A stretch of 64,000 nt of DNA from a candidate division WOR-3 bacterium (lineage in GTDB: Bacteria; Hydrothermota; Tepidihabitantia; Tepidihabitantales; Tepidihabitantaceae). Shown piece after piece: positions 36,891-46,928 of this stretch; the stretch's first letter is position 1, and every line of letters begins with the position of its first letter. The position numbers and the translations under genes were made by a program. The notes beneath the pieces were generated by a model, which searched no databases, had not been told where the DNA came from, and saw only the letters and a program-made list of their open reading frames with translations. The stretch is from contig JBBISL010000002.1 of the NCBI GenBank assembly GCA_037441285.1, positions 32,001 to 96,000 of the forward strand, read 5' to 3'.

Positions 36891-37478
36891 TTATCTTTCA
36901 AACTCCAGATGAATTTTCAACCGCGAAGTTGTAAACTCATCTGGTAAGGGCGGCAATTTACCGGTAACCAGCACCGCCCGCACACAGGACTCATCAAAAA
37001 TTCCATCACCTGAAGACCGCTCCAGTTTCACATCGGTCAACCGGCCATCCCGTTCAATCACGAAAAATACCGTTGCCTTCAGCTTATTAGTCCTGCCATA
37101 AACTGGGTCTTCCCAGTTTTCACCAATCCGCTCGAGCATTTGCTGCAGGTAGTAATTGTAACCGAGTACCGCGGCTCCTTCTACGCGCGCGCCCAGACCC
37201 TGCCGGCGCAGTACATCATCCCCCTTCTTCGTCTGAGTTTTCGGTGTCGGCTTATTTTCCGGTTTCTTTGCCGGAATAGGTTTGGGCGTTGGTTGTAGTA
37301 AATGGGGCGCCGGCTCCGTTCCTTCCTTCGGTTCCGCAATTCCGGAACGAAGAATCTCTACCGTTATCACCGCCGGGCGCGTTACCTCTCTTGACCAGGG
37401 TACAATACGGGTCACGATGCCCACAACGACCAGTAACGCGAGATGACCGGTGAATGACAAAAGCAACTCCCGTTTCAT
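36891..37478 (-). CDS. tolA: TolA/TonB_2 family protein
   Basis: TM SFTGH; Pro/Lys linker; Y..QM..RI..NW, FVIERDG, SSG...FD..C.RAV, LPPLP; follows tolQR. Confidence 0.75.
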   Translation of the reverse strand: MKRELLLSFTGHLALLVVVGIVTRIVPWSREVTRPAVITVEILRSGIAEPKEGTEPAPHLLQPTPKPIPAKKPENKPTPKTQTKKGDDVLRRQGLGARVEGAAVLGYNYYLQQMLERIGENWEDPVYGRTNKLKATVFFVIERDGRLTDVKLERSSGDGIFDESCVRAVLVTGKLPPLPDEFTTSRLKIHLEFER

Positions 37479-37494
37479 TCTGATAATTATACCG

Positions 37495-37899
37495 TTACTT
37501 TGGGAGTGCGGTCAAACCGATGTTGGCGATACCCTGTTCCCGGACGACACCCAAAATCTCAATTATCGTTCCGTACTCAACCCTTCGGTCCGCATGAAGA
37601 TAGACTCGGTCATACTGCCCGCGGGCAAATTGGTCACTAAGCGCCTTTCCCAATCCCGGCAGCGAAACTGCCTTGGTACCAACAAAAATTCGACCATCCG
37701 CTTTAACTGAAATCACCAATCCCGCCCGAGTTTGCGGTTCGGGTCGGCTCGTTCGGGGTAAATCAAGGTCAATACCCTGCTGCCGGCTCAAAGCGGCAGA
37801 AACCCCGGCGATGAGAAAGATTATCATCAGCGTAAAACTTACATCCGCCAGCGAGGTTATGTTCATCTCGGCAAGAAACTTCAGCCTGCGCTCCTTCAT
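37495..37899 (-). CDS. tolR: TolR
   Basis: EMNITSLADV, LDLP, LHADRRVEYG. Confidence 0.85.
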   Translation of the reverse strand: MKERRLKFLAEMNITSLADVSFTLMIIFLIAGVSAALSRQQGIDLDLPRTSRPEPQTRAGLVISVKADGRIFVGTKAVSLPGLGKALSDQFARGQYDRVYLHADRRVEYGTIIEILGVVREQGIANIGLTALPK

Positions 37900-38606
37900 C
37901 TTTCCTCCGGCCGGTTATTCAACTGAGTTGCGATTACCTCCCGGCGAAAAACACCGGTCATTTCCGACACAAACCGCTCCATTTCCGACTGCAGCGCTCG
38001 CACCCGGCCCACAAAGTAGTTGTAAAACAAAGCCGCCGGAATCGCCACCAGAAGCCCCATTACCGTGGTTATCAGGGCATCAGAAATCCCGGGCGCAATT
38101 AACTGTAAGGTCGGCATCTGCGCACCCCGCAGCGACAAAAATGTCCGCAGAACCCCTTGAACCGTGCCTAAAAGCCCGAGAAAAGGGGCAACCATCGTCG
38201 TGATTGCCAGAAACGACAGCGAAGACTCCAGCCGGTCAATCTCCTTTGAACCCGCCCGCTCCATCGCCTCGGAAATGTTAGGAACCAACTGTCCCAGAAC
38301 ATCAGCCCCGGCACCAGAACCAAACTGTTCTCTTAACACCCGCCACTCCTCGACCGCGGCATTCAAGAGCGGGGTTAGGGGCGATGCCGGAAACATCCTT
38401 GTCAGTTCTTGATAGTCCTGCAACCCGCGGCGGTACCCAAAAACACCCAGAAAGCCCTTTGTCTGCGCGCTTGCCTGGCGATACTGTCGCCACTTCCGGA
38501 TGAAAATCGCCCAGCTCACCACCGACATTATGAAAAGAATTATGATGATTCCGAGCGCAAACGGACCGGCAGAAACAAATGGTGCCCAAAAGCCGTTCGC
38601 TGTCAT
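37896..38606 (-). CDS. tolQ: TolQ
   Basis: MSVVSWAI, PFLGLLGTV.G, IAPGISDALITT..GL.VAIPA. Confidence 0.87.
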   Translation of the reverse strand: MTANGFWAPFVSAGPFALGIIIILFIMSVVSWAIFIRKWRQYRQASAQTKGFLGVFGYRRGLQDYQELTRMFPASPLTPLLNAAVEEWRVLREQFGSGAGADVLGQLVPNISEAMERAGSKEIDRLESSLSFLAITTMVAPFLGLLGTVQGVLRTFLSLRGAQMPTLQLIAPGISDALITTVMGLLVAIPAALFYNYFVGRVRALQSEMERFVSEMTGVFRREVIATQLNNRPEER

Positions 38607-38612
38607 CCGCCG

Positions 38613-39383
38613 TTACCGCTCCGGCTCTTTTATTTTTTCCTGTGCCAGATTCGCTTCTGGTGTCCCGGGAAATTTATCAACCACCTCTTTGAACTTTTTT
38701 TGGGCAAGCCCCTCTTTGCCCTGCAACTGATATACCAGACCTAACTTATACAGTGCCGCGGGCACCTTATTACCCTGCGGATATTCATTAATGACTCGCT
38801 GAAACTCAAACCCGGCACTGTCCAGCTGCCCCAGCGAATAAAAACACTCTCCAATCCAGTACTGGGCGTTGTCCGCCGTCTCGCTTGACGGAAATAACTT
38901 GACAAAACGACGAAACCCAATTATCGCTACCTGATAATTTCCCCGGGTGAAGTCAAGGTACGCCGTGTTGTAAAGCCGGTCGGCATCAATCACCGAATTT
39001 GTTGAATCCGGAACCGATACTGAAGTTGACTCCTCCGGTGCGGGCGTCACCGTAGTTATCTCCCCGCGCCACGCTCCGACTTTCCTCCCGACCCGGTCCA
39101 GCCTCTCCTCAAAATCATCTAACTGGGCGGCAATCTCACCCAACCGACCTTCTACCCCTTCAAGTTCGGTCAGGGCATCGGCTCGCAGCCGATTGAGCGC
39201 CTCGCGCTGCGCCACCTGTTCTCTCTCCAGCCGCTGCACCCGCACCGCTATCGAATCAAGCATTTCCCCCCGGCGCACAAACTCTCGCTGTATTCCGCAA
39301 CCGGAAAAAAAGATGACAGCCAGCAGGCTCACCGCGGCTGCCAGATATTTGCTGGCTGACCTCTGCTGCCTACCGGCTGTCAT
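38613..39383 (-). CDS. cpoB: Tol-Pal protein CpoB/YbgF, lipoprotein
   Basis: Lipobox FSG-C; coiled coil; ADNAQYWIGE, YPQGNKVPAALYKLG. Confidence 0.9.
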   Translation of the reverse strand: MTAGRQQRSASKYLAAAVSLLAVIFFSGCGIQREFVRRGEMLDSIAVRVQRLEREQVAQREALNRLRADALTELEGVEGRLGEIAAQLDDFEERLDRVGRKVGAWRGEITTVTPAPEESTSVSVPDSTNSVIDADRLYNTAYLDFTRGNYQVAIIGFRRFVKLFPSSETADNAQYWIGECFYSLGQLDSAGFEFQRVINEYPQGNKVPAALYKLGLVYQLQGKEGLAQKKFKEVVDKFPGTPEANLAQEKIKEPER

Positions 39384-39413
39384 CGACCATCAATCAATCT
39401 GAAATTCCGAAAG

Positions 39414-39923
39414 TTACTTTTCCGTTGTTTTGAACTCACAGCGCCGGTTCAGGTGATACTGACTCGGGTCGTTCGTCACCAACCGCTCCTCACCATAACT
39501 GATGGTGTTAAGCAGTGCACCATCGACCCCCAATTTAACCAGATAGGACTTTGCCGACTCTGCCCGGCGCCAGCCCAACGCCATATTGTATTCCGATGTA
39601 CCCAGCGGACAGCAGTGACCTTCAATTGTCACTGAAAACTTCTGTCCGGCTTCAACCGCTTTCTTAATCTGGTCGGCATTTGCCTGAAGAATTGAAGCAT
39701 CACCCGGTCTGATGTCCGACTTGTCGAAATCGAAGTAAATCGTCTGGAGATTCAACTCCACCTTGGTCGGTTCAACCGGTTTAACCTCCTCCTCGACCTG
39801 AGGTTCTTCAACCACAACCGGCTCTTCTGCTGCCGGCTTCACGCACTTTTTCGGACACCCCATAAGTGCCAGCGCAAACATCAAAGCCAGCATCATCGTG
39901 GTAATTTTTGTTACTCTATTCAT
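39414..39923 (-). CDS. pal: Peptidoglycan-associated lipoprotein
   Basis: Lipobox LMG-C; IYFDFDKS, IEGHCC, YNMALG.RRA, SYGEE, NRR; upstream TTGACA-17-TAAATT and aggagg. Confidence 0.9.
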   Translation of the reverse strand: MNRVTKITTMMLALMFALALMGCPKKCVKPAAEEPVVVEEPQVEEEVKPVEPTKVELNLQTIYFDFDKSDIRPGDASILQANADQIKKAVEAGQKFSVTIEGHCCPLGTSEYNMALGWRRAESAKSYLVKLGVDGALLNTISYGEERLVTNDPSQYHLNRRCEFKTTEK

Positions 39924-40010
39924 ACATACTCCTCCTGTTTATAATTGCCTGCTGAACACAACGCTTAAATTTACCAAGTTCCTGACCTTATGTCAAGAAA
40001 AAATTGTTTA

Positions 40011-40583
40011 TTACCTCTTGCCACTCCTGCCCGGTGCTTCAAGCGGAACCCCGGCACGGCACAAAGGACAGCTGTCGGGCTGATAGTTCATCACTCGCTC
40101 CTGATAAACCCCGAAAAATGGCACCGGAAAACCGACCCCGGAAGAGCGGTCAATAAATACACCAACCCCAACAACCTGCGCGCCCGTCGGTTCAACTGCG
40201 GCAAGGGTCTCTTTAATTGACCCACCCGTGGTCAACACATCGTCCACAACCAAAACCCGGTCTGTACTGCCCACTGAAAACCCCCGGCCAATCTTTCGGC
40301 CGCCATCCGCCTTTTCCGCGATGATACACCGACAACCCATCTGCCGCGCCACCTCATAAGCCACAATCACGCCACCAGTTGTCGGTCCACAGACCACCGT
40401 TATCCCGGCATCCCGGAATCGTTCCGCAATTACCCGGGCAAAACGCTCACACAGTTCAGGCCGTTCCAGAATCCGAAACTTCTCAAAATACCTTCCCGAA
40501 TGCAGCCCCGAGGTTAAAAGAAAATGGCCCTCGCGCAACGCTCCGGCATCACGCAGCAAACGGGCAAAATCTTCATTCATCAA
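40011..40583 (-). CDS. pyrE: Orotate phosphoribosyltransferase
   Basis: GHFLLTSGLHS, VLVVDDVLTTGGS. Confidence 0.95.
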   Translation of the reverse strand: MMNEDFARLLRDAGALREGHFLLTSGLHSGRYFEKFRILERPELCERFARVIAERFRDAGITVVCGPTTGGVIVAYEVARQMGCRCIIAEKADGGRKIGRGFSVGSTDRVLVVDDVLTTGGSIKETLAAVEPTGAQVVGVGVFIDRSSGVGFPVPFFGVYQERVMNYQPDSCPLCRAGVPLEAPGRSGKR

Positions 40584-41280
40584 CCCTCCCTAACCGCCTT
40601 TTAATCTCTCCAATTACTGAAATCGGGTCCGCTGCCTCATATATCGGCCTGCCCACAACAATAAAATCGGCTCCTGCCTGTGCCGCCTCCTCAGGTGTCA
40701 TCGTGCGCGCCTGGTCGTCAAGCGACCGCCCCGGTTCCAGCCTTATGCCCGGAGTCACGATTGCAAGTTTTGGACCGCACCGTTTTCTGACCAGTTTAAT
40801 TTCTGGCGGTGCGGCAACGACCCCATCGCAACCCATACTCTGCGCCAGTTCTGCCAGTGCAATAACCCGGTTTTCCACCTCCTGGTCACAGCCGGTAACC
40901 TGAAACAAAGCCGCCCGGTCAAAACTGGTTAAAACCGTCACCCCTAACACCATTGGCTTTTTATCTCCTGCGGCTTGCGCCGCTTTAACCGCCGCATACA
41001 ACATCGCCGCACCGCCCATTGTATGGACGGTCAGCATCTTCACTCCCAGTTCTGTTGCCGCCTGCACCGCCTTTGCCACCACCGATGGGATATCACAAAA
41101 CTTAAGGTCGAGAAAAACTTCTGCCCCCTGCGTTACAAACTCCCTGATCAGTTCCGGTCCGGTTCTGGCCCAGAGGTCAATGCCTATTTTGTACACATCA
41201 ACCCCGGACCCGATTTTTTTATAAATCTCTCTTGCTCGCTCCTCACTGTCAACATTTAATGCCAGAACCAACTTCGTCAT
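40573..41280 (-). CDS. pyrF: Orotidine-5'-phosphate decarboxylase
   Basis: FLDLKFCDIP, VTVLTS, TPGIR, VVGRPI. Confidence 0.95.
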   Translation of the reverse strand: MTKLVLALNVDSEERAREIYKKIGSGVDVYKIGIDLWARTGPELIREFVTQGAEVFLDLKFCDIPSVVAKAVQAATELGVKMLTVHTMGGAAMLYAAVKAAQAAGDKKPMVLGVTVLTSFDRAALFQVTGCDQEVENRVIALAELAQSMGCDGVVAAPPEIKLVRKRCGPKLAIVTPGIRLEPGRSLDDQARTMTPEEAAQAGADFIVVGRPIYEAADPISVIGEIKRRLGRVDE

Positions 41281-41292
41281 CTAGCTCTCCTC

Positions 41293-42201
41293 TCAACTGA
41301 AACAACCCTCTCCTGCCTTTCCCCGAATATCATCCCAGCCCTGCCAGCCTCGAATTCGCACCATCCTTCTTAACCCCTTCACCACCTCAAGCGCCCCATC
41401 CGGCCTAACTAAATTTGCCGTTCCCACCTGAACCAGATGGGCACCGGCACTGATGAACTCAAACGCATCCTGACCGGTTTTGATTCCTCCCATACCAATA
41501 ACCGGAATCTTAACCGCCCTTGCCACTCTTGCCACACAGAACAGAGCAAAAGGTTTGATTGCCGGACCCGAAAGCCCGCCTGTCCTGCCGCCCAATAAAG
41601 GCTTGCCATCCTGGTCCAGAACCAGGGCAAACAGTGTGTTTATCAGACTCACCGCATCGGCGCCTGCCGCCGCTGCCGCTTTTGCCGTCTCTTTTGGGTC
41701 AACAAAGTTGGCGGTCAACTTCACAATTAGCAACTTTCTTGTCCTCTTACGCACCGCCCGGGTAATTTTCTCAACCTGCCGCGCATCTTGCCCAAATGCC
41801 ACGCCACCCTCTTTCACATTCGGACAGGAAAGGTTGAGTTCCAGCCCGGCAACAGGTGTCGGTTCCAGTGTCTCAGTCAACTCGCAAAACTCCTCTTCAC
41901 TTTGGGCGGCAAGGTTTACGATAATTGGGCATTTAACTCTCTGCAGCCGGGGCAAAATCTCCCTTTTAAACACCTCGACTCCCGGGTTTTCCAGTCCGAC
42001 CGAATTCACCACACCGCTTGCGGTCTCCACAATGCGCGGCGGCGAGTTTCCGGCTCGGGGCGCAATTGTCAAACCTTTGGTAACAACACCCCCCAGCCGA
42101 TTTGCCACCCGCAAAAACTCCCAGCCGAAACCAAATGTCCCTGATGCCGCCAGTACCGGATTGGGAAATTTTACATCGCGGAGCAAAACCTCAAACCTCA
42201 C
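41293..42201 (-). CDS. pyrD: Dihydroorotate dehydrogenase B, catalytic subunit
   Basis: ASGTFG, LNLSCPN, VKLT, INTL, GGLSGPAIKP. Confidence 0.95.
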   Translation of the reverse strand: MRFEVLLRDVKFPNPVLAASGTFGFGWEFLRVANRLGGVVTKGLTIAPRAGNSPPRIVETASGVVNSVGLENPGVEVFKREILPRLQRVKCPIIVNLAAQSEEEFCELTETLEPTPVAGLELNLSCPNVKEGGVAFGQDARQVEKITRAVRKRTRKLLIVKLTANFVDPKETAKAAAAAGADAVSLINTLFALVLDQDGKPLLGGRTGGLSGPAIKPFALFCVARVARAVKIPVIGMGGIKTGQDAFEFISAGAHLVQVGTANLVRPDGALEVVKGLRRMVRIRGWQGWDDIRGKAGEGCFS

Positions 42202-42956
42202 AGCACCACCTCATCTAGACTCACCACCGGGCCCTCCTGACACAACCGCAGATAACCACCATCCTTTTTCGGCACCGCACATCCGTAGCAAACCCCAGTG
42301 CCACACCCCATCCTCTCCTCGAAAAATGCCCAGACTTTGACCCTTTCACTCAACGGGCAAAGTGCCTTGAGCATCCCTTCGGGCCCACAGGCATAAACAA
42401 CCGGACTCTCCATCACCTTTACCACCGGCTCCAGCGCTTCGGTCACCAACCCTTTTATTCCTTTACTTCCGTCCTCGGTTGTCAGATAAACCTTTACACC
42501 AAGTTGCCGGAACGCCGAAACCATAACCAGCTCTGCGGCGCACCGCGCACCCAGCAACACCACCACCCGATTCTTTTCCTGCAAAACTCGGGTCAGATAA
42601 AACAAAGGCGCGGCACCAACACCGCCCCCGCATACGACAACGCTTTTGTTCCGAACCAGCGGCGCCGGTTTACCCAGAGGTCCAATAATGTCCCATTTAT
42701 CCCCCCTTTTGCTATGGGCAAGTTTTGCCGTTCCCGCTCCCACCACCCGAAAAACTATCTGTATTTTATCTCCCTTGACATCAGCCACGGAAAAGGGCCG
42801 GCGCAACAGCAAATCCTCCCTTTCCGGCACCTTAACCCCGATAAACTGTCCGGGCTTGACCTTTTTGCTAATCTTTCGCTCCGAAATCCACACCGAATAC
42901 ACCTCAGCCCCAACCCGCCCAATCGCAACCACCTGACCCATTGACCAATTAACCAA
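42198..42956 (-). CDS. pyrK: Dihydroorotate dehydrogenase electron-transfer subunit
   Basis: LRRPFS, GPLG, GGGVG, ACGP, MGCGTGVCYGC...CQEGPV. Confidence 0.93.
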   Translation of the reverse strand: MVNWSMGQVVAIGRVGAEVYSVWISERKISKKVKPGQFIGVKVPEREDLLLRRPFSVADVKGDKIQIVFRVVGAGTAKLAHSKRGDKWDIIGPLGKPAPLVRNKSVVVCGGGVGAAPLFYLTRVLQEKNRVVVLLGARCAAELVMVSAFRQLGVKVYLTTEDGSKGIKGLVTEALEPVVKVMESPVVYACGPEGMLKALCPLSERVKVWAFFEERMGCGTGVCYGCAVPKKDGGYLRLCQEGPVVSLDEVVL

Positions 42957-42974
42957 ACTTCCCTCCGTACTGTC

Positions 42975-44279
42975 TCATCTCCCCAGTTTATCCAGCCACT
43001 TCCTGGACTCTTTGGCATACTCCGTATCCGGATATTCCCCGACGATTTTTTTCAACTCCTCACGGGTGGCAATGGTATCCGCCTTCTTATACAACAAAAT
43101 CCATGCCCGGGCAAAAAGCGCCTTCGGTGCCCATGGACTCTGGGGAAAGGAGTCGCAAACCTCCTGATAAAGGCGCAGCGCGGTATCAAACTCTTCAAGG
43201 TTAAGGTTGTGCACTTCGGCAAGCAGAAACTTCATTTCCACCGAATCCCGGCTGCCGGTTGTATCCTCTTCCAGTGCCTGAAGCAACGCCAGCCGCTTTG
43301 CCGCCAGAACCCCTTGCTCGGAATCGGCACGGCGCAACCGGGCGCTATCGTAGTAAACCTTTGCCCGGCTGAAATCCTTGTTCTCCTCATAAAATCGGCC
43401 AATGAGAAACGCCGCCTCGGCACCGACCGCGTTGTTTCCCCTTACCCGGACCAGCGCCCCAACCGCCTCATCGTTCTTTCCCAGTTTCAGATAGGCTTTA
43501 CCTAACAGGAGATTCAAAGCCTCATCCAGGTCCGCGTATTTACCCAGCGCCTCCTTAATCATCTGTACCGCCTCCTCGGCCTTACCCTGTTCTAACCGGC
43601 AGCGGGCAATCTTCATCTGCGCCTCTGCCCGGAGCCGGGGTGACGGTTCCAGCTCCACATACCTCCGGAACCATCGCTCTGCCTCTCCATACGCTGCTAA
43701 TTGCATCTTGCCTTCGGCAATCTTGCTCACCGCCTCCTTCATATAAGGAAGACGGGGGTAACGCTCTACCAATGCGACCAGCGAATCAACACCTTCCTGA
43801 ATTTCACCCTGCTCGATATCGTAAAGCGCGGTATAGAAATCGGCGACTCTTCCCAGTTTTGGATACTTCCTCTTAACATTCTCCAGTACAATCCGGGCGC
43901 TTCCCGCCTCTCCGCTCCGTAAAAGCGCCAGACCCCGGTAAAGCTCAGCCTCGGGCAGATAGGGCGATTGGGCAAAAGCGAGATTTAATCTTTCAAAATA
44001 AGTCGCCGCCCGGGTATAATCGCCCTTTTCATAATAACTCCGGCCAATCAGAAACAGGGCATCGTCAACCCAGCGCGATTTGGGCCAGCGGTTTATCACC
44101 AGCGCCGACTTCTCAATCGCTTTATCAAACTTGGGCACCGCGGCGCTCGGCTGGCCCTGCGCCTTTAGCCTCATCCCCTCCCGGTAAAACACCCCGGCGT
44201 TGTAAAAGGTGTTAAAATAGGCGCAGCCTGCCAGTAGTGCGCCCAGGGCAACAACACAACCAAAACGCAACCGGTTCAA
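42975..44279 (-). CDS. TPR lipoprotein (PorW/SprE-like N-terminus)
   Basis: LAG-C-AYFNTFYNA, KAIEKS, SRWVDDALFLIG; TPRs throughout. Confidence 0.7.
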   Translation of the reverse strand: MNRLRFGCVVALGALLAGCAYFNTFYNAGVFYREGMRLKAQGQPSAAVPKFDKAIEKSALVINRWPKSRWVDDALFLIGRSYYEKGDYTRAATYFERLNLAFAQSPYLPEAELYRGLALLRSGEAGSARIVLENVKRKYPKLGRVADFYTALYDIEQGEIQEGVDSLVALVERYPRLPYMKEAVSKIAEGKMQLAAYGEAERWFRRYVELEPSPRLRAEAQMKIARCRLEQGKAEEAVQMIKEALGKYADLDEALNLLLGKAYLKLGKNDEAVGALVRVRGNNAVGAEAAFLIGRFYEENKDFSRAKVYYDSARLRRADSEQGVLAAKRLALLQALEEDTTGSRDSVEMKFLLAEVHNLNLEEFDTALRLYQEVCDSFPQSPWAPKALFARAWILLYKKADTIATREELKKIVGEYPDTEYAKESRKWLDKLGR

Positions 44280-44344
44280 TCTATCCTCAACAAGAAAATA
44301 CCCCTAAACCCCATTTCTGTCAAGCAATCATCCTCTAAGAAAAA

Positions 44345-44872
44345 TTATTCTCCGCCCAAACCGGGCACCGGTAAACCGCAAACCGTGTCCCCGGGTTCAA
44401 TCCCGTGGACCAAAAACCAGCCCGAATTTACCTCCAGCGCGTAACGCACCGGTCGGGAAGACTCATAACGGGTCTGGGTATCAAGCGGCGTCATCTCAAT
44501 AATATCGGTAATCACACCATTTTTATCAATAAACGCAATCGCCAGCGGAATGTAGGTGTTTTTCATCCAGAACCTTAGTATTTGCTCCTCATCAAAAACA
44601 AAAACCATTCCGGAGTCGGGATGCAGTGCGGTCCGGAATGAAAGCCCCAGCGTTCGCTGCTCCGGTGTTGCCGCCACCTCGGCATCAATCCGATTTCCCT
44701 TGACGGTCAGACTAACAGCCCGTTGCCTTTGCGCGCCGGTTACTTCTCTTTTTTCCTGCCTTGGGGAGTCTAACCGTTTACCACCCCGGGTTCCACAGGT
44801 GCTAAAAGAAAAAACCAGTGCCAGACCAACCGTCAAACCGCCGACCTTGCGAAAAACCTTTTTAACCTTCAA
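44345..44872 (-). CDS. DUF192 family protein
   Basis: EVA.T...R..GL..R, GMVF, FWMKNTYIPL.IAF, ALEVN.G; start uncertain (TTG 44872 or track start 44920). Confidence 0.85.
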   Translation of the reverse strand: MKVKKVFRKVGGLTVGLALVFSFSTCGTRGGKRLDSPRQEKREVTGAQRQRAVSLTVKGNRIDAEVAATPEQRTLGLSFRTALHPDSGMVFVFDEEQILRFWMKNTYIPLAIAFIDKNGVITDIIEMTPLDTQTRYESSRPVRYALEVNSGWFLVHGIEPGDTVCGLPVPGLGGE

Positions 44873-46928
44873 GGACAATTGAGGAAAGGTCCGCAACCTG
44901 GCTGAATAGCGACCGCACATAAGAAAGCAGCCGGAGCCGGTTCATCCTCAACCGCTCATCTTCACACATCACCAGGACATCGTCGAACAACCGGTCAATT
45001 GCCCGGCGTAAAGAGAGCAAAAGTTCCAGCGCCCCAAGATAGTCCGCCCCTTCCAGCCTTTCCTTCAGTTTTGGCTCAACCGTCTGTGCCTCGGTCCACA
45101 AAACCCGCTCCGCCTCCTCCTGAAACAGCGCCGGGTCCGGTAATCCGGAAACATCCTGACCACGCAGGATATTTGCCACCCGCTTCTGGCCAACAATCAA
45201 CTTTTCAAACTCGGGCCGGTTGCGAAATTCAATCAGCGCCCGCGCCCGTAACTGCGCCTCAATCGGCGTATGCCATACCGTTGCCAAAACCGCATTCGCC
45301 ACATCGTACCTTATCCCCTCCTCAGCAAGAATTGCGCTCAACCGCTCCCGAAAAAGCCCCAGTACCATCTCCGGCACTCCATCTTCTTTGCTCCCTAAAA
45401 GCGCTAACCCCTTGTGCACCAGTTCAGGAATCCCTACGGGCCAGCGATTCTTCAATATGATTAGCAACACTCCGGTCGCCTGGCGCCGGACCCCAAACGG
45501 GTCCTCAGAACCGGTAGGAATCGTACCGGCAAGAAAGGTGGCAACGATATTGTCAATCTTGTCAGCGATGCTCAACACCCCGCCCATTGCTGATTCGGGC
45601 AACCGGTCTTCCGGGCTTCTCGGCAGATACTGCTCGCCAATCGCCTGTGCCACCGCCTCGGGCTCACCTAAGATTCTTGCATAAACCCCGCCCATCACAC
45701 CCTGGAGCGAGGTAAACTCCTTCTCCCGCACCACCGCGGTCAACAAATCGGCTTTGGACAAAAACGCCGCCCGGTCCAGTTGCTTCTCATCGATATCGCC
45801 AATCGTCTGGCAGAGAAATCGGCACAACTCCCTTATCCGTTGCGTCTTGTCGTAATAACTGCCCAGCCCTTCAATCCACACCACCCGCTTCTCCTCTTCC
45901 ACCAGCGGCTCCAGCCCGGCCTTCAGGTCGCTTTCCACAAAAAACCGGGCGTCGCGCAACCGTGACTCAATCGCCCGCTCGTACCAGAACCGCACCCACT
46001 CCTGGTCGCAACCCGGCGTGTTTGCCACCGCAATAAAGTAAGGTAGTAACCTACCGCTCTGCTCCTGAACCGAAAAACAGCGCTGGTGCATCTTCAAAGC
46101 GGTTATCAACACCTCTTTGGGCAGAGTGAGATAGTCGGGATTGAACCGGCACAGAATCGGTTCAGGAAACTCGGTGATGTTCACCGTCTCCTTCACCAGT
46201 TCCGGGTCCGGTACAACCACACCACCCTGCGCCTGTGCCAGTTCGGCACAACCCCGCTCTATTGCCGCCTGACGCTGAATCGGATTGACCATCACCTTGT
46301 GTTCCCACAGCACCGTCTCATAATCCTCAGGCCGAACTACCACAATCGGCTTGGAACTGAAATTGCGGTGCCCCAGGGTCGTATTGCCCGAAACGAGCCC
46401 GTTGAATTCAAATTTAACTACCTCCTCACCAAAAAGGCACAAAATCCAGCGGACCGGTCGGGAAAACCGCATGCCCGCCTCATTCCAGCGCATCGTCTTG
46501 GGAAAAGGCAGGGTCCGAATCAACTCTCCAAGACACCCCTCTAAAATCACCTTTACCGGCACCGGCGGAACCTCCTTCTTCACGAACAGATACTCGCCTT
46601 TCGGTGTCTCCTTCACATACAAATCTTCTACCCCTTTACCCTGTGCCCGGGCAAAACCAATTGCGGTCTTGGTCGGCTTTCCTGCCGCGTCAAACCCCAC
46701 CTTCCTTGGTGGACCCTGCAGCTCCACCACGCCACCCGGCTTTTCCTCGGGTACACCCTTTATCCGCACCGTGAGCCGGCGCGGTGTGTAAAAAATTTCC
46801 CGGTCACCGGTCCTGAGCCCGTGTTCCTCAAACTGGGCACAAATCCGGCGCAAAAGCTCCTCTGCCGCCGGTGCAATCACACCGGGTGGCAACTCCTCGG
46901 TACCAACTTCCAGCAAAAAACTCCTCAC
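44862..46928 (-). CDS. glyS: Glycine--tRNA ligase beta subunit
   Basis: LLEVGTEELP, TPRRL, GPP, FPKTMRW, EF.SLQG.MG, GSEDPFGVRR, NRL.LL; start GTG 46928 (track start lies inside the promoter). Confidence 0.96.
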   Translation of the reverse strand: MRSFLLEVGTEELPPGVIAPAAEELLRRICAQFEEHGLRTGDREIFYTPRRLTVRIKGVPEEKPGGVVELQGPPRKVGFDAAGKPTKTAIGFARAQGKGVEDLYVKETPKGEYLFVKKEVPPVPVKVILEGCLGELIRTLPFPKTMRWNEAGMRFSRPVRWILCLFGEEVVKFEFNGLVSGNTTLGHRNFSSKPIVVVRPEDYETVLWEHKVMVNPIQRQAAIERGCAELAQAQGGVVVPDPELVKETVNITEFPEPILCRFNPDYLTLPKEVLITALKMHQRCFSVQEQSGRLLPYFIAVANTPGCDQEWVRFWYERAIESRLRDARFFVESDLKAGLEPLVEEEKRVVWIEGLGSYYDKTQRIRELCRFLCQTIGDIDEKQLDRAAFLSKADLLTAVVREKEFTSLQGVMGGVYARILGEPEAVAQAIGEQYLPRSPEDRLPESAMGGVLSIADKIDNIVATFLAGTIPTGSEDPFGVRRQATGVLLIILKNRWPVGIPELVHKGLALLGSKEDGVPEMVLGLFRERLSAILAEEGIRYDVANAVLATVWHTPIEAQLRARALIEFRNRPEFEKLIVGQKRVANILRGQDVSGLPDPALFQEEAERVLWTEAQTVEPKLKERLEGADYLGALELLLSLRRAIDRLFDDVLVMCEDERLRMNRLRLLSYVRSLFSQVADLSSIVLEG

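Noticed and set aside
41480..42340. 286-aa plus-strand ORF (and other antisense ORFs in the track)
   Set aside because: Antisense shadow of pyrD/pyrK with no recognisable motifs or SD
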